The notes under the pieces are model-generated. The model was given only the letters and a program-made list of their open reading frames with translations. It was not told where the DNA came from and did not search any database. From assembly GCF_964213995.1 (NCBI RefSeq), contig NC_135814.1, positions 9,300,001 through 9,364,000 of the forward strand: a stretch of DNA of 64,000 bases, in the 5' to 3' direction. This DNA is from Mustelus asterias. Its lineage: Eukaryota. Positions 36,490-48,280 of the stretch are shown here, piece by piece. Every line of letters starts with the position of its first letter. Within the stretch, counting starts at the first letter, position 1. The position numbers and the translations under genes were made by a program.

Positions 36490-39400
36490 AGAAAATTCAT
36501 TGATGAGATGTGGATATTGCTGGCTGGGCCAGCATTTATTACCTATCCTCAGTTGCCCTTGAAAAGGCAGTAGTACCTGCCTTCTTGAACCAGTGTAGTC
36601 ATAGAATCCCTACAGTGAAGGAGGCCATTCGGCCTATCGAGTCTGCACCGACCACAATCCCACCCAGACCCTATCCCATTAACCCCATATATTTACCCTA
36701 GCTAGCCCCCGTGACACTCGGGGGAAATTTAGCATGGCCAATCCACCTAACCCGCACATCTTTGGACTGTGCGAGGAAACCGGAGCACCCGGAGGAAACC
36801 CACGCAGACACGGGGAGAATGTGCAAACTCCACACAGACAGTGACCCAAGCTGGGAATCGAACCTGGGGCCTTGGCGCTGCGAGGCAGCAGTGCTCACCA
36901 TTGTGCCACCGTGCTGCCCTAGATACACCCACAGTGCTGTTCGGGAGAGAGCTCCAGGATTTTGACCCAGAGACAGTGAAGGAACGGCAAAATACTTCAA
37001 AGTCAGGATGGTGAGTGATTGGAGGGGAAACTCCAAGTGGTGGCATCCCCAGGTATCTGCTACTCTTCTCCTTCTAGACAACAGTGGGTTTGGGAGGTGC
37101 TGCCTCAGGGACCTTGGTTAATTTCTGCAGTGCATCTTGTAGATGGTACATACAGCTGTCACTGTTCATTGGTGAATGTTTGTGGAAGGGGTAGCAATCA
37201 AGTGGGTGCTTTGTCCTGGGTGGTATCAAGCTTCTTGAGTGTTATTAGAGCTGCACTCATCCAAGTAAGTGGAGAGCATTCCATCGCATTCCTGACTTGT
37301 GCCTTGCAGATGGTGGTCAGGTTTTTGGGAGTCGGGTGAGTTACTCGCTGCAGGATTCCCAGCCTCTGACCTGCACTTGTAGCCACTGTATTTACGTAAC
37401 GAGTCCAGTTCAGTTTCTTGTCAATGGTAATGGAAGATTCAGCAATGTAGTGCCATTGAATGTCAAGGGGCGAAGGTTGTTAGATATTCCCTTGTTGGAA
37501 ATGGTCATTGTCTGGTACTTGTGTGGCAGGAATGTTACTTGCCACTTGTCAGCCCAAACCTGTATATTGTCCAGGTCTTGCTGCATTTGGACATGGATTG
37601 CTTCAGTATCTAAGGAGTCGCGAATGATACCGAGCATTGTGCAGTCAATAGTGAACACTTCCACTTCTAACCTGATGATGGAAGGAGAGTCATTGATGAA
37701 GCAGCTAAAGGTAGTTGGGCTGAGGACACTTCCCAGAGGAACCCCTACAGTGATGTCCTGGAACTGAGATGATTGACCTCTAATCACCAGAACTGTCTTG
37801 CTTTGTGCCAGGTATGACTCCAATCAGCGGTGGGTTTTCCCTAATTCCCATTGACTCCATCTTTGTTAAGGCTCCTTGATGCCATATTGCCAATTGCTGC
37901 CTTGATGTCAAGGGCAGTCACTCTCACATCACTTTTGGCATTCAGCTCTTTCGTCCATATTTAAACCAAGGCTGTAATGAGGTCAGGAGCTGAGTGACCC
38001 TGGCGGAACCTAAATTGAGCGTCCGTGAGCAGTTATGGCTGCTTGATAGTGTGGCTGATGATCCCTTCCATCACTTTCCTGATGATTGAGAGCAGACCAA
38101 TGGGGAGGTAATTGGCCAGGTTGGATTTCTCCTATTTCTTGTGTACAGGACTTATCGAAAGTTTTAAAGCTTATTTATTAGTCACCAGTAAGGCTTACAT
38201 GCGAAATTCCCCTAGTCGCCACATTCTGGTGCCTGTTCGGGTCAATGCACCTAACCAGCACGTCTTTCGGACTGTGGGAGGGAACCAGAGCACCCGGAGG
38301 AAACCCATGCAGACATGGGGAGAACGTGCAAACTCTGCACAGACAGTGACTCAAGCCAGGAATCGAATCCGAGTCTGTGGCGCTTTGAGGTAGTGGTGCT
38401 AACCACTGTGCCACCCCCACGTACTTTTCCACATTGCCAGGTAGATACCAGTGTTGTCACTGCACTACAACAGCTCAGCTAGGAGCACGGAACGTTCCGG
38501 AGCACAAGTGTTCAGTCCTATTGCTGGAATATCATCAGGTTCAGACTTTGCAGTATCCAGTGCCTTCAGCCATTTCTTGACATCACATGGAGAGAATCGA
38601 ATTGGCTGGAGACCGACTCGTGTGATGCTGGGACCTCTGGAGGAAGCAGAGATGGATCGTCCACTCGGCGCATCTGGCTGAAGATTGTTGCAGATCTCAG
38701 TCTTACCGTCTGCACTGATGTGCTGGGCTCCTCCATCATTGAGGATGGGGATATTTACGGAGCCTCCTCCTCCGGTGAGTTGTTTAATTGTCCACCACCA
38801 TTCTCGACCGGATGTGGCAGGGCTGCAGAGCTTAGATCCGACCCGTTGGTTGTGGGATTGTTTAGCTTTGTCTATTACTCGCTGTTTAGGCTGTTCTGCA
38901 TGCAAGTAGTCCTGTGTTGTAGCCTCACCAGGTTGACACCTCATTTTTAGCTATGCCTGGTGCTGCTCCTGGCATGCCCTTCTGCACTCTCCATTGAATT
39001 AAGGTTGATCCCCTGGCTTGATGGTCATGGTAGAGTGGGGGATATACTGGGCCATGAGGTTACAGATTGTGGATGAGTACAATTCTGCTGCTGCTGATGG
39101 CCCACATCACGCCTCATGGATGCCCAGTTTTGAGCTGCTCGATCTGTTCGAAGTCTGTCCCATTTAGCACGGTGATAATGCCACACAACACGATGGAAGG
39201 TATCCTCAGTGCGAAGACAGGACTTTGCCTCCACAAGGAATGTGCGGTAGTCACTCCTATAGATACTGTCATGGACCAATGCATCTGCGGCAGGCAGCTT
39301 GGTGAGGATGAGGTCAACTAATGGTTTGCCCTCTTGTTGGCTCCCTCACCATCTGCTGCAGTCCCAGTCTATCAGCTATGTCCTTTAGGACCCGGCCAGT

Positions 39401-40340
39401 TTGGTCTGTGGTGGTATTTCCAAACCTCACTTGCTGACAGACATTGAATTCCCCACCCAGAGTACATTCTGCAGCCTTGCCATCCTCCGTGCTTCCTCCA
39501 AGTAGTGTTCAACATGGAGGAGCACTGATTCATCACCTGAGACAGGATGGTACGTGGTCATCAGAAGAAGGTTTCCTTGCCCATATCTGATCTGGTACCA
39601 TGAGTTGATGTTGAGGACTCCCAGGGCCCCCACCCAACTGTACACCACTCTGTCCTATTGGTGACACAGGGTATACCCAGGAATGGTGACGATGGTGCCT
39701 GAGACATTGTCTTGAAGATATGATTCTGTGAGTATGACTACGTCAGGCTGCTACTTGACTAGTTTGAGAGACAGTTCTCCCAATTTTGGTACAAGCCCCC
39801 AGATGCAAGGAGGACTTTGCAGAGCTGACACGGCTAGGTTTCCCGTTGTCATTTCCAGTGCCGTTCGGATTAGTTCCTTTTTGTACCACTTGCAGCTGTT
39901 GAATACAACCGAGTTGCTGTGGCAAAAGCAGAAAACATTGGAAAATCTCAGCAGGTCTGACAGCATCTGTGGAGAGAGAAGACAGCCAATGTTTCGAGTC
40001 TGGATGACCCTTTGTCAGAGCTCTGAGATTTTCCAGCATTTTCTGTTTTTGTTTCAGATTCCAACATCCACAGTATTTTGCCTTTATCCGAGTTGCTGTG
40101 GCTCTGGAGTCACATGTAGGCCTAACCAGATAAGAATGGCAGATTTCCTTCCCTAAAGGACATGAGTGAACCAGATGGATTTCTACAACAATCGACATTG
40201 TTTGATTTTTAATTCCAGATATTTTACTGAATGTTTAAATTCCACCATCTGCCATGATGAGATTTTCACACGGGTCCCCAGAGCATTACTCTGGTCTCTG
40301 GATTATCGGTCAATTGACAATACCTTGTGCCACCACCTCC
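36490..40340 (-). mobile_element. Near-full-length degraded CR1-Zenon-like LINE with tRNA-like 5' head, carrying three nested inserts
   Basis: Endonuclease-like remnants (YHP..DESVLLHVEH) and RT remnants (GVPLGSVLSPTTFSCFIND, QVWADKWQVTF). Inserts: HE1 36598-36919, V-SINE type 2 38160-38415, Penelope B 39924-40087. Confidence 0.85.
39924..40087. mobile_element. Penelope-like family B insert with hammerhead-like motif
   Basis: Exact 15-bp target duplication ccgagttgctgtggc (39909-39923 / 40088-40102); minus strand reads CTGACAA-agggtc-atcca-gactc-GAAAC. Confidence 0.75.
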
Positions 40341-40649
40341 CTCCTGCAGGTTAATTCCTGAAATGTTAACTGTGCTTCTCTCTATTGGTGTTGTAGCCGA
40401 CTTACTGAGTGTTCCCAATATTTTGTTTTTTTCCCTCCTCCCACAAACTCTTCCCACATTTATTCTGTCAGCAAACTTCAATATCATTCCTTTGATGCTT
40501 AAATCCAAACTTTGACTGGCAATGAAACCATGAACAAAAGTTACTGGAAGGACAAGGGAATTGTTAGTGCTTCGTACACATCAGAGGACAGCCTAAAACT
40601 CGCCATCAGCCAGGAGTTTAGCACAGAAAACACAGCTCGTTAATACGGA

Positions 40650-40920
40650 CATAGGAATTAGGAGAAGTCGGCAAATTCAGCCCTTCGAGCCTGCTCCGCT
40701 ATTCCATCAGATCCTGGCTGACCGCTCCCTGGTCTCTAATCCACCTTCCCCACCTGTTCCCCATCTACCCTCTTTCCCTTTTCAACATTAGAAAAATGTC
40801 CATCTCCCTTATGAAACCATTCAACAATTCAGACTCCACTGCGCTATGGGGCAGAGAGTTCCACAAGTTCACCACCCTCTGCGAGTAGTTGTTCCTCCTC
40901 ATCTCAGTTTCAAATCTACC
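40650..40920 (-). mobile_element. CR1 3' fragment
   Basis: SQRVVNLWNSLP in ORF 40765..40950. Confidence 0.8.
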
Positions 40921-41979
40921 GCCTCTCTTAATGCTTTGTTTGCAACTCATCGCATCAGGGCTAGCTAACCAAGCAATGACTCAACAGCGAGTTACGCCTG
41001 AAGCCAGCCTTTCTCCCTCAGAACCTGATTCACCTGCAGTGCAATTCCAGCCCTTTTCCACTTTTAATTTAGGTTTCCAAAATTTCTCTCACTGGTAAGC
41101 TGTTCTACTCGTTCTGTGGCGTAGTTGCTGGAAAAACATCAAGTGCCCCTTTAAATCAATGCAGAACAGCATATGTTCTGTGAACTGTGGGCCCTTATTT
41201 CTCACATTTCTCTTTGCGCAGCCGCAGAATGCAGGTATGAAAACGCATCGCAGAGATGCAGTTATAGGTTGATGGTCATGATCTTCCACAACTAGAATGT
41301 GACAGGAACATAAGCAGATGCATGGCTCATCCTCAAACCCTGGGCAGTGTTGGTGCTGGGCTTAGAGGGAACAAAAGTGGGGTTAAAAAGAGAGGAAAGC
41401 GTTTCGCAGCCAAATCAATGCCTGCTGCACAATGGAGTGGAACAGATAGACTGGGAAGACGCAATGCATCCTGCACATCAAAAAAAAAAAGCTCTGGCAG
41501 CACTCACTTTATTCAATAAATGTATCACTATACAGGTTCTTACAATTTGAAGACAAAAAAACACAAAAGCACTAGCATCTGTTCGAGAATTAAAATAAGT
41601 CACAAAGCAGCAAAACACACTGAGTAACAGAAGGCTGAGAGGAATCTTGCTGCTTCATTATCATCAGGGGTTACAGCAGTGAAAACATTGTAAAAAAGTA
41701 TTCTCTGCAAAAATAGCAAGGAGCGTTTTTCTAATATGACTGAACGAGGAATGCTACAATTTCATCTCCCTCATTTTGCTCTCTCCTGTGCTTCAGTACA
41801 GCGGGCAGGAGGGACGGCTTACATCCCACCAAGGCAGCCACTCTTCAAGCACAATCAGTGTCAGTGAGTGGGACACAAGAACAGGAATGGGCCAAACTGC
41901 AGGAGGAGGAATCCTGGCTGATAACCCATTCTAAATGCCCCAAACCTCCACCACAACCTCCCTCTCTTTGTACTCTGCA

Positions 41980-42255
41980 TTTTTTATTTATTAGTCACAA
42001 GCAAGGCTTACATTAACACTGCAATGAAGTTACTGCGAAATTCCCCCATTCGCCACACTCTGGCGCCTGTTCGGGTCAATGCACCCTAACCTGCACGTCT
42101 TTCAGACTGTGGGAGGCAACCGGAGCATCCGGAGGAAACCCGCACAGACATGGGGAGAATGTGCAAACTCCACACAGTGACCCGAGGCCGGAATTGAACC
42201 CGGATCCATAGCATTGTGAGACAGCAGTGTTATCCACTGTGCCACCGTGCCGCCT
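41980..42255 (-). mobile_element. V-SINE, tail type 2
   Basis: Reverse-complement pattern. Confidence 0.85.
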
Positions 42256-42383
42256 TATATGGTCCTTCAGATGGTCTGCTCTTAAAAAGATGGGTGTATA
42301 AAAGGAGTTGCGGTTGGTCATCCAGCTGAGGTCACTTGCTCCTACTGCCAATCACTCTGCAACATTCACAACTGAGCTGACGA

Positions 42384-42720
42384 GAGGCACGGTAGCACAG
42401 TGGTTAGCACTGCTGCTTCACAGCTCCAGGGTCCTCGGTTCGATTCCTGGCTCGGGTCACTGTCTGTGTGGAGTTTGCACATTCTCCTCGTGTCTGCGTG
42501 GGTTTCCTCCGGGTGCTCCGGTTTCCTACCACAGTCCAAAGATGTGCGGGTCAGGTTGATTGGCCAGGTTAAAAATTGCCCCTTAGAATCCTGAGATGCG
42601 TAGGTTAGAGGGATTAGCGGGTAAATATGTGGGGGTAGGGCCTAGGTGGGATTGTGGTCGGTGCAGACTCGAAAGGCCGAATGGCCTCCTTCTGCACTGT
42701 AGGGTTTCTATGATTCTATG
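42384..42720 (+). mobile_element. HE1-type V-SINE (young)
   Basis: Complete copy ending ttctatgattctatg. Confidence 0.9.
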
Positions 42721-42784
42721 AGAGAGAAAACACATACAGTACTACGACCGACCAAGAGTGTGAACACTCGCGAAGGAAACTTAC

Positions 42785-42845
42785 ATGGGGCGTAGAAAAT
42801 CATGAGAACGGGACGCTCCTCCTTCTTGATCAATTTTCTGAATTC
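42785..42845 (-). CDS. PDIA5: PDIA5 coding exon (~exon 7, 61 nt): EFRKLIKKEERPVLMIFYAP(W)
   Basis: ctgtctccttAG acceptor and CAT|GTAAGT donor; FYAPW precedes the thioredoxin CxxC. Confidence 0.96.
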
Positions 42846-44224
42846 CTAAGGAGACAGTGAACATGATGACCAAGAAAAAGCAAGTCAATATTTAATACAT
42901 TGGAAAGCAGTGCATCAGAGGTGGGAGAAAAGGCAAGTGAAGCCTATAGGTTTGTAGAGAAATGTAGTACAAAAACAGAACGTTCGAGTGTAGGACGGAG
43001 GTCGTGCTGCACTGTCAAGAGTTGAACATCATTTGGTAAAGGCAATAAACAGAGCTGCTTGCTGAGGTGGACTCAAAAGATTCCCTTGGTGTTATCTGGA
43101 GAGAGTCCTGGCCATCACCTCTTATTCCTCACCCAATACTTGTGAAACAGAATGCATGGTCATTTACTATACTGCTACTGGTGTCCAAATTAGATGCTAC
43201 ATTTGCCCGCAGCAGAAAGTGTTCACACTTGGGGTGGGGAGGAAATCCAATTGGATGCGAGACAGCTTTAGGATATCCCGAGGAGATGAAAGCGATGCTA
43301 TTAAAAAATGCAAACTCTTACTTGGAAAAATTACATTGCAAAACACGTTTCCATGTTTTTTCTCTCTGCAGCCAGACGGACTTACTGTGAGGGGAAAAAA
43401 GTCCAGCACGTCACAGGCTGCTTTGCCCCAAATGGATCAACAGATACCCCTGCTCAAAGTAAAGACTCAATTATTTTTGAACACTCATGCTGATGTTTGC
43501 ATTGGACGCTCAAAAGTGCTCACCTTACCATTAAAAAAAGGCAAACAGAACCCCTCTCCTTGGCCACCACTCATAAGACTGTAAGTGTCCTGGGTGTAAT
43601 CAGTGCAAGAACACGCCTTGTGTGTGTATACGTGAGGTTGACTGCGTGCAGCACTGATATTTTTGACTCGGGATTTATGTTTGAAATTGGGTGCGTTGGG
43701 GGAAAGTGGGACCAGATTGGAGGGACAAACACAAGGAGGATAAAACACGAACATGTACTAGCTGTGTAGGGCTTCAGGCTCTAGAATCCGGTGTTTGGGA
43801 AACTTGCGTTCACAAAGAAATAGCAGGTATTAAAATTGCTCCAGCTCTACCTTCGGATGATACCTCAAGATGATCTCCTCACACCACCTGTATTTAACCT
43901 GCTATTCTTGTCCATTCCAGGACAGGGAGGGTGCAAAGCACCACAAGCTGTTCCAGGAGGAATACAATGCTTTCTATATTTTATTTGCCTATTTTTATTC
44001 CTCTCTGTGACCAGCAGGAAGGAAGAGTAAAAATAGCAAAGATAGTGCTGGCTACAACATCGCTAATGTTCCAGTAAAACCATGGCATTTGACCAGCAGT
44101 AAAACATCTCTGGAATATGCATGTGGGAAAGACAAACCTTGGAAAACTGCCTTGTCTTTATGTTCAATATGACCTTGAGAAAGATCAAGCCTACTGATAC
44201 CTACATAGTTTCCTGGCTTTAACC

Positions 44225-44810
44225 ACTTCCTGTTCACAATGGACATCCAATCCCTCTGCACTGTTACCTCCATTCCCGATGTGGAGATGCCGGCGTTGGA
44301 CTGGGGTAAACACAGTAAGAGTTTTAACACCACCAGGTTAAAGTCCAACAGGTTTATTTGGTAGCAAATACCATTATATACCAAATAAACCTGTTGGACT
44401 TTAACCTGGTGTTGTTAAAACTCTTACTGTGTTTACCTCCATTCACCTCATGAGGATGGTCACAGAGTCCTCTGCTTCTCCCTCAAACTGAGTCCCAACC
44501 ACCACCCTCTTCGGGGCTGAGCTTGTTCTCAATCTGAACAATTCCTTCAACTCCACTCACTTCCTCCATGGATACCTACATGGGTCCCAGCCTTTTTATG
44601 GGCTAAGTGGAACATACATTGTTCCAGTCCTACTCTATTACAGACCTCCGCCTTTATTTTTCCTAAACCCTCCCCTCTTCCACATGCTTAGAAACTCTTA
44701 CATTTCTTCAGTTCTGATGAAAAGGACAATGACCTGAAATGTTAAATGTTTCTCTCTCCACAGATGTTGCAGACCTGATTTTTTTTCCCCAGCATTTTTG
44801 GATCTTAAAA
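44225..44810 (+). mobile_element. Degraded Penelope-like RT fragment plus hammerhead-bearing terminus (family B), interrupted by a family A palindrome at 44278-44436
   Basis: Translated remnants FLFTMDIQSL, AELVLNLNN and TYMGPS resemble PLE RT; ctgatga...gaaatgtt near 44713; the family A insert is flanked by ttacctccattc on both sides. Confidence 0.7.
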
Positions 44811-44942
44811 ATAGAGCCAAACATCTTTTGTAAAACTAGATTTGTTTGGAAATTTAATGGGCAAATGGCCAAATATTTTAATTCAAAAATTTATGCAGGC
44901 CATACTTTTACATCATTATGTTTTCTGTGTCTGTCTGAAGCA

Positions 44943-45220
44943 GTAAAGTTAAGTTTATTTATTAGTCACAAGTAAGGCTTACATTAACATTGCAATGAAG
45001 TTACTGTGAAAACCCCCTAGTCGCCACATTCCAGCACCTGTTCGGGTCAATGCACCCAACCAGCGCGTCTTTCAGATTATGGGAGGAAACCAGAGCACCC
45101 GGAGGAAACCCACGCAGACACGGGGAGAATGTGCAAACTCCACATAGACAGTGACCCAAGCTGGGAATTGAACCCGGGTGCCTGGCACTGTGAGACAGCA
45201 GTGCTAACCACCGCCACTAC
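44943..45220 (-). mobile_element. V-SINE, tail type 2
   Basis: Reverse-complement pattern. Confidence 0.85.
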
Positions 45221-45969
45221 GTAAGCTTGCACCTTACTTGAGATAAGTCTTGCACGCTGGTTACTTCCAGTTTGCTATGATATATTCATACTTGAACTCA
45301 AGACACCCGCATGTCACATTGCATGTGTGCCCGTGGTGCTCAGCACCCTCTCGGTTTTGGAGACTAACAGATTATATACAGTTTAAGTGAAATGACACAT
45401 CTTGATGGGCCAAGAGTTGCATCAGAGTAGACCTGCAGCAATTTTAATATTTGCTATTTCTTTATGTCCCAAGCTCAGAGAATTCTCGAGCCCCAAGTCA
45501 CACATAGCTATTACATGTCTGTTTCAAGTATTAAATTCCACTGTATCCCAAACACTACCTAAAGTATGCGAAAATGTATTCAATGGCAACAGGATGTAGC
45601 ACTTGGGGCGAATGGGATCAAAGGTTATGGGGAAAAAGCAAGATTAGGCCATTGAGTTGGATGGTCAGCCATGATTGTAACGAATGGCTGAGCAGATTCG
45701 AAGGGCCAAATGACCTCCTCCTGCTCCTACCTTATGCTTCTAAGAGTTGAACTGTTTTAAGGGGATACATCGTACTTGGGAAGGGAAAAAAAGACTTTTA
45801 TATACCAATCATATCCCTTGAATTGCCCAGAGCAAGAGACATGTAATGAATTACTACAAATGCAATAACTCTTGCCATATAGGGAAGCCAAGGCAGCCAG
45901 TTTGTACATAGCAAGATCTCAGGAACAATTCCAAAGATGTGCGGGTTAGGTTAATTTACCATGGGAAGG

Positions 45970-46300
45970 ATCACCAAAGATCCTTAGACAGCACCTTCCA
46001 AACCTACGATCACTTCCATCTGGAAGGACAAGGGCAGCAGATACATGGGAACACCACCACCTGCAAGTTCCCCTCCAAGCCACTCACCATCCTGACTTGG
46101 AAATACAGTGCCATTCCTTTGCAGTCACTGGGTCAAAATACTGGAATTCCCTCCCTAACGGCATTGTGGGTCAACCCACAGCACGTGGACTGCAGCGATT
46201 CAAGAAGATAGCTCACCACCACCTTCTCAAGGGCATCTAGGGATGGGAAATAAATACTGGCCAGCCAGCGAAGCCCATGCCCCAGGAATGAATATTTTTT
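45970..46300 (+). mobile_element. Zenon-like LINE 3' fragment inserted in an HE1 tail remnant (~45934-46435)
   Basis: gggaacaccaccacctgcaagttcccctccaag... followed by the family tail; HE1 tail sequence on both sides. Confidence 0.8.
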
Positions 46301-47069
46301 TAAAAATTACCCCTTAGTGTCAGGGTAAATTTGCATGGTAAATACACGGGGTTACGGGTATTGGGCCTGAGTGGGATTGACGTCGGTGCCGGCTCGATGG
46401 GCTGAATAGCCTCCTTCTGCTTTGTCGGGATTCTCTGAATCAGATGAATAGTCAGTTAATCATTTTTTGGTTGTGTTGGAAGCTGTGTCAAAAGCATCTC
46501 CACCCAAAAAACATCAGAAAACACCTTCCATCGAACCTGTGGTTCCTGTAGAGCCAGAAAAGAAGGTGGGACACCAGCACCTCAGACTTGAAAAGACCTG
46601 CTCAATGCACAAGCCATCGATCTGTTGCTTGGCGACTGGCACCCTTCCTGCTCCTGGGTGCCAGATACAGGTCGAGGGGAAAAGAAAAGCACCAAATACT
46701 GGAAATCCAACAGTAAAAACACAATTCTGCTGAAGGGGTTACACTCGAAACTCACAGCTTCCTCTTTCAACTGCTGACCAATATTCTGTGCATGTCCACC
46801 AGTGCTTTCTATTTTTATTGCAAAGAAAAGCTTTGCGTATTTTGCTTCTGGCTGTGAAATGCTCTTCCCACTCTGTGTTGTCCTTGGATCTCTGCCCCTT
46901 ACACATTGCAGCTTGAATGACGAGGATCTGCAGAATCAGGGTTATGCAGCTTACACTGATCTATCAGAAAATCTATCACTTGCGCCTTGATGGACCGGCC
47001 CATTAACCGGCACGGTTAAGATTTTTAGGGCATTATTCCCATTGGTGTAATCTCTCCTCCCATGGGGTT

Positions 47070-47590
47070 ATCATAGAGTCATAGAGGATTACAGCATATA
47101 AACAGGCCCTTCGGCCCAACTTGTCCATGCCATCATTTTTTTTTAAACCACTAAGCTATTCCCAATTGCTTGCATTTGGCCCATATCCCTCTATACCCAA
47201 ATTACCCATGTAACTGTCTAAATGCTTTTTAAAAGACAAAATTGTACCCGCCTCTACTACTGCCTCTGGCAGCTTGTTCCAGACACTCATCACCATCTGT
47301 GAGAAAAAATTGCCCCTCTGGACCATTTCGTATCTCTCCCACCTCACCTTAAACCTATGCCCTCTAGTTTTAGACTCCCCTACCTTTGGGAAAAGATATT
47401 GACTATCTAGTTGGTCTATGCCCCTCATTATTTTATAGACCACTATAAGGTCACCCCTAAGTCTCCCATGCTCCAGGGAAAAGAGTCCCAGTCTATCCAG
47501 CCTCTCCTTATAGCTCAAGCCATCAGGTTCCGGTAGCATCCGAGTAAATCTTTTCTGCACTCTTTCTAGTTTAATAATATCCTTTCTATA
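47070..47590 (-). mobile_element. CR1 3' fragment
   Basis: ORF 47156..47614 contains KLERVQKRFTRML. Confidence 0.88.
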
Positions 47591-47599
47591 ACAGTTGGG

Positions 47600-48280
47600 G
47601 GAAAAAACATGCATTTATACATGCCCCAGGCTGCCCAAAAGTGCTTTTCGACCAACAGACCTCTTTTGAAGTGTAGTCACTGTTGTGATGTAAGAAATGC
47701 AGTAAATTACACACAGCGAGTTCTCACAAACAGCAATGACCAGCTAGTGTGCTTTTAGGTGTTGGCTGAGGGATAAATATCAGTAAGAAGTTTAACACCA
47801 CCAGGTTAAAGTCCAACAGGTTTATTTGGTAGCAAAAGCCACACAAGCTTTCGGAGCTGCAAGCCCCTTCTTCAGGTGATCACCTGAAGAAGGGGCTTGC
47901 AGCTCCGAAAGCTTGTGTGGCTTTTGCTACCAAATAAACCTGTTGGACTTTAACCTGGTGTTGTTAAACTTCTTACTGTGTTTACCCCAGTCCAACGCCG
48001 GCATCTCCACATCATGGATAAATATCAGCCAGGGCACCAGGGCCAACTCCTTTGCTTTATTTCAAATAATGTCATGGGATTTTTTACGCTCACCCAGACA
48101 GGGTCTCCTCTGTTTAACGTTCCATAAAAAGGACAGCACCCCTGACAGTACAGTGCTCCTTCAATATGCACTGGGAGCTTCATTGAGGATTGCTGGCTCA
48201 AGTCTCAGAAGTGAGCCTTAGATCTAGAACCTTCTGATTCAGAACAGTGTGTGCTACCACTGACCCAATGCTGACACACA
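47600..48280 (-). mobile_element. Deu-domain SINE (SacSINE1-like), interrupted by a Penelope family A palindrome
   Basis: Reverse complement of the Deu core (…atatttatccctcagccaac…) and of the tail (…gtgactacacttcaaaag…). Confidence 0.7.
47781..48015. mobile_element. Young palindromic Penelope-like insert (family A) with a minimal hammerhead motif on both strands
   Basis: ~99-bp arms (47781-47879 / 47880-47978) with one mismatch and no loop; ggataaatatcag is duplicated at 47771-47783 and 48016-48028; cac-CTGAAGA-stem II-GAAAGCTT-gtg. Confidence 0.88.
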
